A DNA stretch of 64,000 nt from Vicinamibacterales bacterium (GTDB lineage Bacteria > Acidobacteriota > Vicinamibacteria > Vicinamibacterales > UBA2999): NCBI GenBank assembly GCA_041394705.1, contig JAWKHS010000014.1, forward strand, positions 7,900 to 71,899. The letters are read 5' to 3'. The notes beneath the pieces are model-generated. The model was given only the letters and a program-made list of their open reading frames with translations, was not told the origin of the DNA and searched no databases. Positions 35,800 to 43,509 of the stretch are shown in pieces. Each line of letters begins with the position of its first letter. Position 1 is the stretch's first letter. Both the position numbers and the translations under genes were made by a program.

Positions 35800-36405
35800 T
35801 CATGGCTGCCGGGACACGTCCAGGGCCAGACGCACCAGCTCCACACCGTCGGCCCGCAGGACGACCTCCCGGGCGGTGTCCGCCACGTCGGCGTCGAAGA
35901 GCGCCTCCACGGTCGCGCCCGCGACCGGCAGCCGTTCGTTCGGCGCGCCGGTTCCGAGCCCGAACACCGTGGCGCCCTCGAGCGCGAGGCGGGGCAGCCG
36001 TCCGGCGCGCCCAATGAGATCGAGGTCGAGCGGCGGCGCCAGGACGTAGGCGTTCTGCGGCGGGAAGCGCAGACGTCCGACGATGGCCACCTTGCGCCGC
36101 CACGGCCGCAGCGCCTCGCGCGCCCGCCACAGACCGCGCGCGAACGCCCAGTCACCCGCGGCGAGGCGGGCCTCGGCGATGAGCGCCAGCCGGCGCCGCT
36201 CGGTGACGATCTCGATGCGCTCGACCACCGGGTGCTCGATCTCGAGGCCATACGCCCGGTGAAAGGCCGCGCGCGCAGCCGCGTCGCCGCGCGCCACCGC
36301 CAGCACCCGTTCGATCTCCGCATCGCTCGCGCCGTGCCCGGGCCGGTCCGGCTGGCCGGCCGCCAGCGTGCCCAGGGCCAGCAGCGCCGCAGACGCCACC
36401 CTCAT
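35800..36405 (-). CDS. Hypothetical secreted protein
   Basis: AGGAGG lies 6 nt upstream of ATG 36405. Signal peptide MRVASAALLALGTLAAG. 201 aa with no recognised motif. Confidence 0.55.
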   Translation of the reverse strand: MRVASAALLALGTLAAGQPDRPGHGASDAEIERVLAVARGDAAARAAFHRAYGLEIEHPVVERIEIVTERRRLALIAEARLAAGDWAFARGLWRAREALRPWRRKVAIVGRLRFPPQNAYVLAPPLDLDLIGRAGRLPRLALEGATVFGLGTGAPNERLPVAGATVEALFDADVADTAREVVLRADGVELVRLALDVSRQP

Positions 36406-36461
36406 GCCGCACCTCCTGCAGGATCGGTCGCGACCATCCGCGTGCCGACGACTCGCCGATG

Positions 36462-36477
36462 GGCAAGTCCGGTGCCG
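36462..36477 (-). promoter_or_regulatory. Sigma-54-type promoter candidate P5 (CGGCAC-CGGAC-TTGCC)
   Basis: The reverse complement of 36462..36477 reads CGGCACCGGACTTGCC. The GGCAC and TTGC elements have canonical spacing. It lies 56 nt upstream of ATG 36405. Its core differs by one base from P1/P2. Confidence 0.55.
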
Positions 36478-36663
36478 CCGGGCCGTGGCCGGGGCGCAAC
36501 CGCAGTGTGGGCGCGGAATTCCTGAGGATTCTCTTGGAGTACGCGTACAGGAGGCCGCGGATGGGCGTCCCCGCGCCTCGACAGGGCATGCGCCGGCAGC
36601 GGCCAGAGTGTGCCCAGAGGCACGCGGTGGGCGCCCATCGCCGGCCGATGGGCGCCCGGGGGA

Positions 36664-39594
36664 TCAGAACTGGTACCGCACGCCGAACTGCGCCTGGCGC
36701 GGGAAGCCGCCGCCGCCGCGCAGGTTCGTCCGCACCAGGAACGTCGACGCCACGCGACGGTCGCCCGACGGGTTGTCGAAGTTCGCGCGGTTCGTCACGT
36801 TGAAGATGTCGAAGAAGACGTTGAGGGCATGGTTCTCGCGGGTCCGCACCCGCCAGCCGGCGCGAAGATCCAGCTGGAAGTAGTCGGGTCCGTAGGCGCC
36901 GTTGCGCCCGCCGTCGTTCTTCACGTCCTTCATCGCGTTCAGGGCGGTGCCGCTGTAGGTGCCGGCCGGCAGCGGGTCGACGAGCTCGCCGTTCTGGTCC
37001 GCGTCGATGCTGCTGTCGAAGATCGTGAAGGGCGCCCCGCTCATGTAGCGGGCGGTGGCGGAGACGTTCATGCCCCACGTCTTCGGGATGTCCACCTGCC
37101 CGCTCACCGACAGGATGTGACGGCGGTCCACCTGGCTGGGCCCGGACCAGTCGTCCAGACGGAGATCGGTGCCCACCTGGTAGGTGTTCTTGTCGGCCTG
37201 GTTCTCGGCCGTGCCGCGCGAGTAGCCCAGCGAGTAGGACACCCGGCCCGACCAGTTGTGCGACAGGCGCTTCTCCACCTGCAGGTTCAGGGCGTCGTAG
37301 TCGTTCTTGCCGGTGTTCTCCATCACCCACACCTGCTGGCTGTAGGCCTCGCCGAGCACGCCGAACGCGTCGCTCCGGGTGATGGCGCCGGTCCGTGTCG
37401 TGTCCACGCGCCGCATCGGGTTGAGGTTGCGCGCCAGGAACATGTCGCGGTTCAGCGACTTGACGTAATCGGCGCTCACGGCCACGGACTGCCCGAACTG
37501 CCGGGTGTAGCCCACCGTCATCTGGTGCGCGTACGGCTGCTGCCGGCCGGGCGCGTCGAAGATCACGACGCCGGCGTTCCTGATGCGCGCGCCGGCCGGG
37601 TACCGCTGGTTCATCAGCGCCTGGTTGATGAACGGGCCGTTCACCAGCCACGGATCCGTCGGGAACTGCCCGCGGCTGGGTCCGGGATCGGCGTTGTTGT
37701 TCGGGAACTGCAGTACCGCCGACTCGGTGAACTTCGAGAACTCCACGACGTCGTCGATCGCGCCGAGGATGGTGCGGTTGTAGAAGATCCCGTAGCCGGC
37801 GCGAAGGACCGAACGGTTCTGCTCGTCCAGCGCACGGGTGAAGCCGAGGCGCGGCGCGACGTTGTTCTTGTCCACGGGATAGCCGGCCCCCGCGAACAGG
37901 GGGTTGTCGGTCTCGTCGAGCGGAATCACCTCCAGGTCGTAGCGCAGGCCGAGGCTGATGGTGTTCCGGCCCACGCGCCACTTGTCCTGGACGAACGCCT
38001 CGAAGGTGTGGTTCTTCACGAACTCCCGGAAGGCGTTCGGGACGCGGATGGTGAGCCGTTCGGGATAGGTGCGGGGATCGGCGGCGTCGAACGGCGCGTT
38101 CGTGTTGAAACGGAAGGTGCCGTTCCTGTTGATGCCCGACACACGCTCGAGCTCCGTGAAATTGTAGCGGGCGCCCAGCTTGAACTCGTGGTCGCCGCGC
38201 CTGGTCGGGACGTACCACGACACGTCGTCCTCGACCTGCCAGTTCGAGTCCCACGGCCCCTGCAGTTCCGTGCTGGCCTGGCCGAGGAACTCCAGGTAGT
38301 CGAGCTGCGGCGGGCAGAGTGACTGGTCCTGCACGGCCTCGTCGCCCTGGGCCCGCGCGCACTCGTTGGCGTGCCACCAGTGCTCCCACGTCCTGGCGAT
38401 GCGCACGGTGTTCACGCGCGAGTTGCCGAGCACGCTCGTCAGGGTGAAGACAGCCGTCTGGTCGAGGTCGGTCTCGTCCTGGAACGACGCCTCCGTCTGG
38501 CGGGTGCCGATCACGGGAAACTGCGGCGCCGACTCGCGCAGCCAGCGCGCGGCCCAGGTGTGGTTCTGGGTCAGCTGATGGTCGATACGGATGAGCGTGT
38601 TCCAGTCCGACCGCTCCTCGACGCGCGAGAAGTTCAGCTCGGGCCGGGACGAGAACACGCGCGATCGGTTCGGGTTGTCCACCTGGCGCTCGAGGCTCAG
38701 GAAGAAGTGCATCTTGTTCTTCACGATGGGCCCGCCGACCACGCCGCCCCACTCGCGCTTGGTCACGGTGGGCTTCGGCAGGTCGTTCTGCTTCACGAAG
38801 AAGTCGCGTGACGTGAGCTGGTTGAACGCCGAGTAGCCGAAGAGGACGCCCCGGAACTCGTTCGTGCCCACCTTGGTCACGGCGTTGACGACCGCGCCGC
38901 TCGCGCGTCCGAACTCCGCGTCGTACATGCCCGTGACCACCTGGAACTCCTGGATGGCCTCGAGCGGCGTCCGGACCTGCGCGCCGGAGCTCGTGCCCAG
39001 CGCGTCGTCGGCGTTGTAGCCGCCGTCGACGGAGACGTTGGTGTTCTGCGACGTCTGCCCGCCGGCGATGATCGTGTCGTTCCCCATCTGGTTGGAGGGC
39101 GTGAACTGCACGCCCGGCAGGAGCGCGACGGCCGAGAAGTAGTTCCGGTTGATGGCCGGCAGCGTGGAGAGCTCCGCCGTGCCGATGTTGCCGCCGACGC
39201 TCGTGCTGCTGGTGTCCACGAGGGGCGACGCGCCCGTCACCTCGACGGTCTCGGACAACGATCCGACCTTCAGGGTGAGATCCACGGTGACCGTGTTGCC
39301 CACCTGCACGAGGAGCCCCGTGCGGTCGAAGGGCGCGAAGCCCTCCAGCGTCGCCCGGAGCTTGTAGCGCCCGGGCACGATCTGGGAGACGAAGAAGGCG
39401 CCCGACGCGCCGGTCGAGACCTCGCGGAAGACGCCGGTCTCCTCGTTGGTCACGACGAGCGTGACCCCGGGCAGCACCGCGCCTTGTTCGTCGGTGACCT
39501 TGCCCGCGATCTGTGACGTGCCTTGTTGGGCCGAGAGCGACGTGGCCGCCGCCAGGACGAGTGCTACTGCCAGACCGAGTCGAACACCGCGCAT
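36664..39594 (-). CDS. TonB-dependent receptor, Oar-like (N-terminal carboxypeptidase-regulatory-like domain)
   Basis: ATG at 39594 with a GGGAGG RBS. Signal peptide ...ATSLSAQQ. The N-domain reads GKVTDEQGAVLPGVTLVVTNEETG...GRYKLRATLEGF. The ~970-aa barrel ends in ...QFGVRYQF. Confidence 0.9.
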   Translation of the reverse strand: MRGVRLGLAVALVLAAATSLSAQQGTSQIAGKVTDEQGAVLPGVTLVVTNEETGVFREVSTGASGAFFVSQIVPGRYKLRATLEGFAPFDRTGLLVQVGNTVTVDLTLKVGSLSETVEVTGASPLVDTSSTSVGGNIGTAELSTLPAINRNYFSAVALLPGVQFTPSNQMGNDTIIAGGQTSQNTNVSVDGGYNADDALGTSSGAQVRTPLEAIQEFQVVTGMYDAEFGRASGAVVNAVTKVGTNEFRGVLFGYSAFNQLTSRDFFVKQNDLPKPTVTKREWGGVVGGPIVKNKMHFFLSLERQVDNPNRSRVFSSRPELNFSRVEERSDWNTLIRIDHQLTQNHTWAARWLRESAPQFPVIGTRQTEASFQDETDLDQTAVFTLTSVLGNSRVNTVRIARTWEHWWHANECARAQGDEAVQDQSLCPPQLDYLEFLGQASTELQGPWDSNWQVEDDVSWYVPTRRGDHEFKLGARYNFTELERVSGINRNGTFRFNTNAPFDAADPRTYPERLTIRVPNAFREFVKNHTFEAFVQDKWRVGRNTISLGLRYDLEVIPLDETDNPLFAGAGYPVDKNNVAPRLGFTRALDEQNRSVLRAGYGIFYNRTILGAIDDVVEFSKFTESAVLQFPNNNADPGPSRGQFPTDPWLVNGPFINQALMNQRYPAGARIRNAGVVIFDAPGRQQPYAHQMTVGYTRQFGQSVAVSADYVKSLNRDMFLARNLNPMRRVDTTRTGAITRSDAFGVLGEAYSQQVWVMENTGKNDYDALNLQVEKRLSHNWSGRVSYSLGYSRGTAENQADKNTYQVGTDLRLDDWSGPSQVDRRHILSVSGQVDIPKTWGMNVSATARYMSGAPFTIFDSSIDADQNGELVDPLPAGTYSGTALNAMKDVKNDGGRNGAYGPDYFQLDLRAGWRVRTRENHALNVFFDIFNVTNRANFDNPSGDRRVASTFLVRTNLRGGGGFPRQAQFGVRYQF

Positions 39595-39799
39595 ACTGTG
39601 CCTCCCGAGGACAGACGAACCGAGAGAGAAACAGCCGACGATTCCGAACGGACGACTTCGAGGTGGGGGCCGACCGCGAGGGTGTAACACACGAGCTGGC
39701 CCGAGATCAATGGCTGGGATGGATCCTCGTGCACCGGGCCCGCGCGCCACCGGACCGCCGCGTTCCGGCGTCCAGGCCCCCGCTCTTCTCGCGCACGGC

Positions 39800-39828
39800 T
39801 TGACTTGGCGTGCGGCCGAGCCTAGTGT
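39800..39828 (+). promoter_or_regulatory. Sigma-70-like promoter candidate (TTGACT-17 nt-TAGTGT)
   Basis: TTGACT at 39800..39805, a 17-nt spacer, and TAGTGT at 39823..39828. It lies about 80 nt upstream of ATG 39911. Confidence 0.3.
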
Positions 39829-39910
39829 CCTGACCGGCCGCACCGGGCCGGGCCCCGTGCGCGTACGGCGCTGGCGCCGCCGTTGGCCGTGTGGCGGATT
39901 GGAGGGCGGA

Positions 39911-41107
39911 ATGGGGCCGGTGGAACGCCGATGGTGCTCGAGTCCAGGACGCCGGAAGGCCCTGGCGAGCCTGGCCGCCTTCGTGGCGGCCTCGCCGCTG
40001 TCGGCGGCGCAACGTGATCCCCGTCCGCTCCCGGCCCATCGCCGGGTGCCCGGCTTCGACGAGATGGCGACGGTCTTCGACTTCGAGCCGATCTTTTTCG
40101 CCAACGTGCCGCAGGCCGTCTACGACTACACGGCGCACGGGGCCGATTCCGAGTTCACCATCCGGCGCAACCGCGACGCCTTCGACTGGGTGGACGTCGT
40201 GTCCCGGCCCGCCGTCGACGCCAGCCGCGTGACCACGCGGACCCGGGTGCTGGGCCTCGACCTGGCCTTCCCGATCTTCGTGGCGCCGACCGCCCTGCAG
40301 GCGGCGCTGCACCCGGACGGCGAAGCGGGCATGCACCAGGCGGCCACCGAGACGAAGACGCCCTTCATCATCAGCAACAACTCGAGCCAGCCCGTGGACC
40401 GGATCGTGGCGGGGGGCGCGGGCCCGACGTGGTTCCAGTTCTATCCCCGGCGCAATCTCGACGAGAGCCGGACGATCCTCGAGCGTGTCCAGGGACTCGG
40501 CTGCCGCGCCGTCGTCGTGACCGTGGATCAGCAGGCCACCTACTACGAACGGTCGCAGCACGCTCGGAACCTGGGCGGCAGCGTGCGCGGGCCGGCGCCG
40601 CGGCCGGCCGGCGGCGGTCCGAAGAACCCGTACCGCGTGCCGGACACGCGGCTGTGGTACGAGTGGAGCTACCTCGACCGCATCCGTCCACTCATCACGG
40701 TGCCGATGCTGGTGAAGGGCATCCTCACGGCGGAGGACGCGCGGCTCTGCATCGCGCACGGCGCCGACGGGATCATCGTGTCGAACCACGGCGGGCGCTC
40801 GCTGGACTACGGCCCGTCCACGCTGGAGGTCCTGCCCGAGATCGTCGACGCGGTGGCCGGACGCGTGCCAGTGCTCGTGGACAGCGGGTTCCGCCGCGGG
40901 GCCGATGCGTTCAAGGCCCTGGCGCTCGGCGCGGATGCCGTCTGCCTGGGGCGCGCCACGCGCTGGGGCTTCGGCGCCTTCGGTCCGGCGGGCACCCGGC
41001 GTGTCATCGAGATGGTGCAGGCCGAACTGGTGGCCGCGATGGCGGCGGCCGGCACGGCGTCGCTCGCGGACGTGAACCGGACGGCCGTGACGGCGAGGTT
41101 CGACTGA
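39911..41107 (+). CDS. FMN-dependent alpha-hydroxy-acid dehydrogenase/oxidase (LldD/glycolate-oxidase family) with Tat-like N-terminus
   Basis: GGAGGG RBS. The N-terminus GRRKALASLAAFVAASPLSAAQ looks Tat-like. The family motif IIVSNHGGRSLD is present, together with VLVDSGFRRGADAFKALALGA. Confidence 0.85.
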   Translation: MGPVERRWCSSPGRRKALASLAAFVAASPLSAAQRDPRPLPAHRRVPGFDEMATVFDFEPIFFANVPQAVYDYTAHGADSEFTIRRNRDAFDWVDVVSRPAVDASRVTTRTRVLGLDLAFPIFVAPTALQAALHPDGEAGMHQAATETKTPFIISNNSSQPVDRIVAGGAGPTWFQFYPRRNLDESRTILERVQGLGCRAVVVTVDQQATYYERSQHARNLGGSVRGPAPRPAGGGPKNPYRVPDTRLWYEWSYLDRIRPLITVPMLVKGILTAEDARLCIAHGADGIIVSNHGGRSLDYGPSTLEVLPEIVDAVAGRVPVLVDSGFRRGADAFKALALGADAVCLGRATRWGFGAFGPAGTRRVIEMVQAELVAAMAAAGTASLADVNRTAVTARFD

Positions 41108-41109
41108 CC

Positions 41110-42144
41110 ATGGCGACCACGAGCAGGCGGGACTGGCTGCAGCGGGCCACGGCGCCCGGCGGGCGGCCCGATGCCCAGGCGACGACAGCGGGGCCGCGCG
41201 TCGCTCCGCGCGACGGCCTCGTCAACGTCTTCGAGTTCGAGGCCGAGGCCACCAAGGCGCTCGGCCCGGATCGCGCGCGCCTCGTCGCCGGTAGCGATCG
41301 CGCGGCGTTCGATCGCATCACGTTCCGGCCGCGGATGATGGTGAACTGCCTGGAGCTCGACCAGTCGGTCGAGCTCGTCGGCGTCCGGATGTTCGCGCCG
41401 ATCCTGGCCGGGCCGATCGCGGATCCGCGCCGGTTCCACCCGGAGGCCGAGGCGGCGGTGCTGCGCGGCGCCGGGGCCGCGAAGGCCGCCGTGGTGCTGA
41501 ACGCGGGTGGGGCGCCCGGCATCGACGTCCTGGCCGCGGCCCATCCATCGGTGCCGATGCTCGTCCAGGTGTTCGCCGGTGACGACGCCGGGGCCACCCG
41601 CGCGCGCCTCGCCGAGGCCGAGCACGCGGGCTGCAAGGCCGTGGTCGTCACGGTCGGCCCGACCGACACCCTGGCCCGCCCGCGCCGGCGCATCGACTGG
41701 GCCGCGGTGGACCGCGTGACGCGCGAGGTCTCGCTGCCGGTCGTGGTGAAGGGCATCGCGTCGGTGGACGAGGCCCGCGCCGCCCTGTCGCACGGCGCCC
41801 GCGGTCTCGTCGTCTCCACCTACGGCCAGGCCGAATCGTCGAGTCAGCCCGCGCCGCTCGACCTCATCGCCCCGATCGTGGAGGCCGTGAGCGGCCGCGT
41901 CCCCGTGCTCGCCGACGGCGGCTTCAGGCGCGGCACCGACGTCATGAAGGCGCTGGCGTTCGGCGCGACGGCCGTGCTCGTCGCGCGGCCCATCGCCTGG
42001 GGACTGGCCGCCTACGGCGCCGACGGCGTCCAGGGCGTGCTGGAGACGCTCCAGACCGAGCTTGGACGAGTGATGGCGTGCTGCGGCACGCCCACCCTGT
42101 CGGCGATCGGTCCGGCCGTCGTGAAGCGGCATCGCACGGTTTGA
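41110..42144 (+). CDS. Degenerate paralogue of the FMN-dependent alpha-hydroxy-acid dehydrogenase (catalytic His/Arg motif absent)
   Basis: Starts 3 nt after the previous stop. N-terminus is MATTSRRDWLQ. The equivalent of SNHGGRxLD reads VVSTYGQAESS. The FMN-phosphate region VLADGGFRRGTDVMKALAFGA is retained. Confidence 0.75.
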   Translation: MATTSRRDWLQRATAPGGRPDAQATTAGPRVAPRDGLVNVFEFEAEATKALGPDRARLVAGSDRAAFDRITFRPRMMVNCLELDQSVELVGVRMFAPILAGPIADPRRFHPEAEAAVLRGAGAAKAAVVLNAGGAPGIDVLAAAHPSVPMLVQVFAGDDAGATRARLAEAEHAGCKAVVVTVGPTDTLARPRRRIDWAAVDRVTREVSLPVVVKGIASVDEARAALSHGARGLVVSTYGQAESSSQPAPLDLIAPIVEAVSGRVPVLADGGFRRGTDVMKALAFGATAVLVARPIAWGLAAYGADGVQGVLETLQTELGRVMACCGTPTLSAIGPAVVKRHRTV

Positions 42145-42258
42145 GTCGTCACGTCCGCGCCGAGGCCGCCCGGCCCGGGCCGTGGCGCGCCGTCCACGAC
42201 ACGGCCGCACGAGCTCTGCCATCATGGCGGCACGACGCACGGCCAGTGGAGGGCCCAG

Positions 42259-42774
42259 ATGACCGACACCCCCGATCCGCACGGATCGACGTCCCCATCC
42301 GACCGACGGCACGCGGAGGTCCGGCGCGCGACGGCGGACGACATCGCGGCGCTGGTACCGCTGGTGTGCGACTACTGGGTGTTCGAAGGCCTGTCGGGAT
42401 TCGACGCCTCGCACGTCGCAGGCGCGCTGGCCCAGCTGCTCTCAGACGGCCGGCTCGGCGCCGTGTGGCTCGCGCGGATCGACGGCGCAGCCGTGGGCTA
42501 TCTCATCGCCGTCTACGTGTTCAGCCTGGAACACCTCGGCCTCACGGCCGAGCTCGACGAGTTGTACGTGGGGCCGGACCATCGCGCGAGCGGCGTCGGC
42601 GCGTCGCTGCTCAGGGCCGCCGAGGCCGCCGCCGCCGAGGCCGGGTGCACGAACGTGTCGCTCCAGCTCGGCCGGCACAACGACGGCGCGCGACGGTTCT
42701 ACGTCCGGCACGGCTACTCGGACAGACAAGGCTTCGATCTGCTCGAAAAGCCCTTCGCGCCGCATCCGGACTGA
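42259..42774 (+). CDS. GNAT family N-acetyltransferase
   Basis: The acetyl-CoA motif region is LYVGPDHRASGVGASLLRAAEAAAAEAG, followed by ARRFYVRHGY. Confidence 0.85.
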   Translation: MTDTPDPHGSTSPSDRRHAEVRRATADDIAALVPLVCDYWVFEGLSGFDASHVAGALAQLLSDGRLGAVWLARIDGAAVGYLIAVYVFSLEHLGLTAELDELYVGPDHRASGVGASLLRAAEAAAAEAGCTNVSLQLGRHNDGARRFYVRHGYSDRQGFDLLEKPFAPHPD

Positions 42775-42810
42775 GCCGCAGTCGCGACCGTCCGCTACGA
42801 TCCCTCCGTC

Positions 42811-43302
42811 ATGCTCACGATGCTGCGCGACCTGAACGGACACAAAGGCCACGCCAATGCCGCGCTCCTGACGGAGGTGGGCCGGCATCCGGCGGCGGCC
42901 TCCGATCCGGAGATGCTGCGCCTGCTCCATCACGTCCTGCTGGCGAATCGCTTCTGGCTGCTCACGGTGCTCGGCGAGCCGTTCGACGTGGAGCAGGAGT
43001 CCCTCGCGGCGCCGACCTTCGAGGCCCTCGTCGCGCGATACGCGGGGACGCAGTCGCGCGAAGACACCTGGCTCGCCAACGCGACGGCAGGCGACCTCGA
43101 CCGGACGCTCGCCAGTCCGCTCGTGCCGGGCGGCGGATGCACGGTCGCGCAGGCGTTCCTGCAGGTGAGCCTGCACTCGCACGGCCACCGCGCCCAGGCC
43201 GCCTCGCGCCTGCGGCACGTCGGCGGCACGCCGCCGGCCACGGACTTCATCCTGTGGCTGGCCACACGCCCCCGGCCCACCTGGCCATCCGGCCGCGAGT
43301 GA
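42811..43302 (+). CDS. DinB family protein
   Basis: 163 aa. The four-helix DinB pattern has conserved His residues (HKGHANAALL, HHVLLANRFW, HSHGHRAQ). Confidence 0.75.
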   Translation: MLTMLRDLNGHKGHANAALLTEVGRHPAAASDPEMLRLLHHVLLANRFWLLTVLGEPFDVEQESLAAPTFEALVARYAGTQSREDTWLANATAGDLDRTLASPLVPGGGCTVAQAFLQVSLHSHGHRAQAASRLRHVGGTPPATDFILWLATRPRPTWPSGRE

Positions 43303-43335
43303 CGCACGCCGGAAGGACGAGGGCCCGTACGTGGC

Positions 43336-43360
43336 GAGAGCCGCGCGATGCGCGGCTCTC
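43336..43360. terminator. Perfect 11-bp stem / 3-nt loop hairpin between the DinB gene and the tRNA (bidirectional terminator candidate)
   Basis: GAGAGCCGCGC-gat-GCGCGGCTCTC. It lies immediately 3-prime of the tRNA on the minus strand and 34 nt after the DinB stop on the plus strand. Confidence 0.55.
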
Positions 43361-43362
43361 AT

Positions 43363-43439
<77 letters not shown>

Positions 43440-43509
43440 ACAGAAGAATAGCACTATACCACAGCTCAGCAAGTCCCTTCGTCCGGCAGCTCGTGCGGCG
43501 GAGACATCG

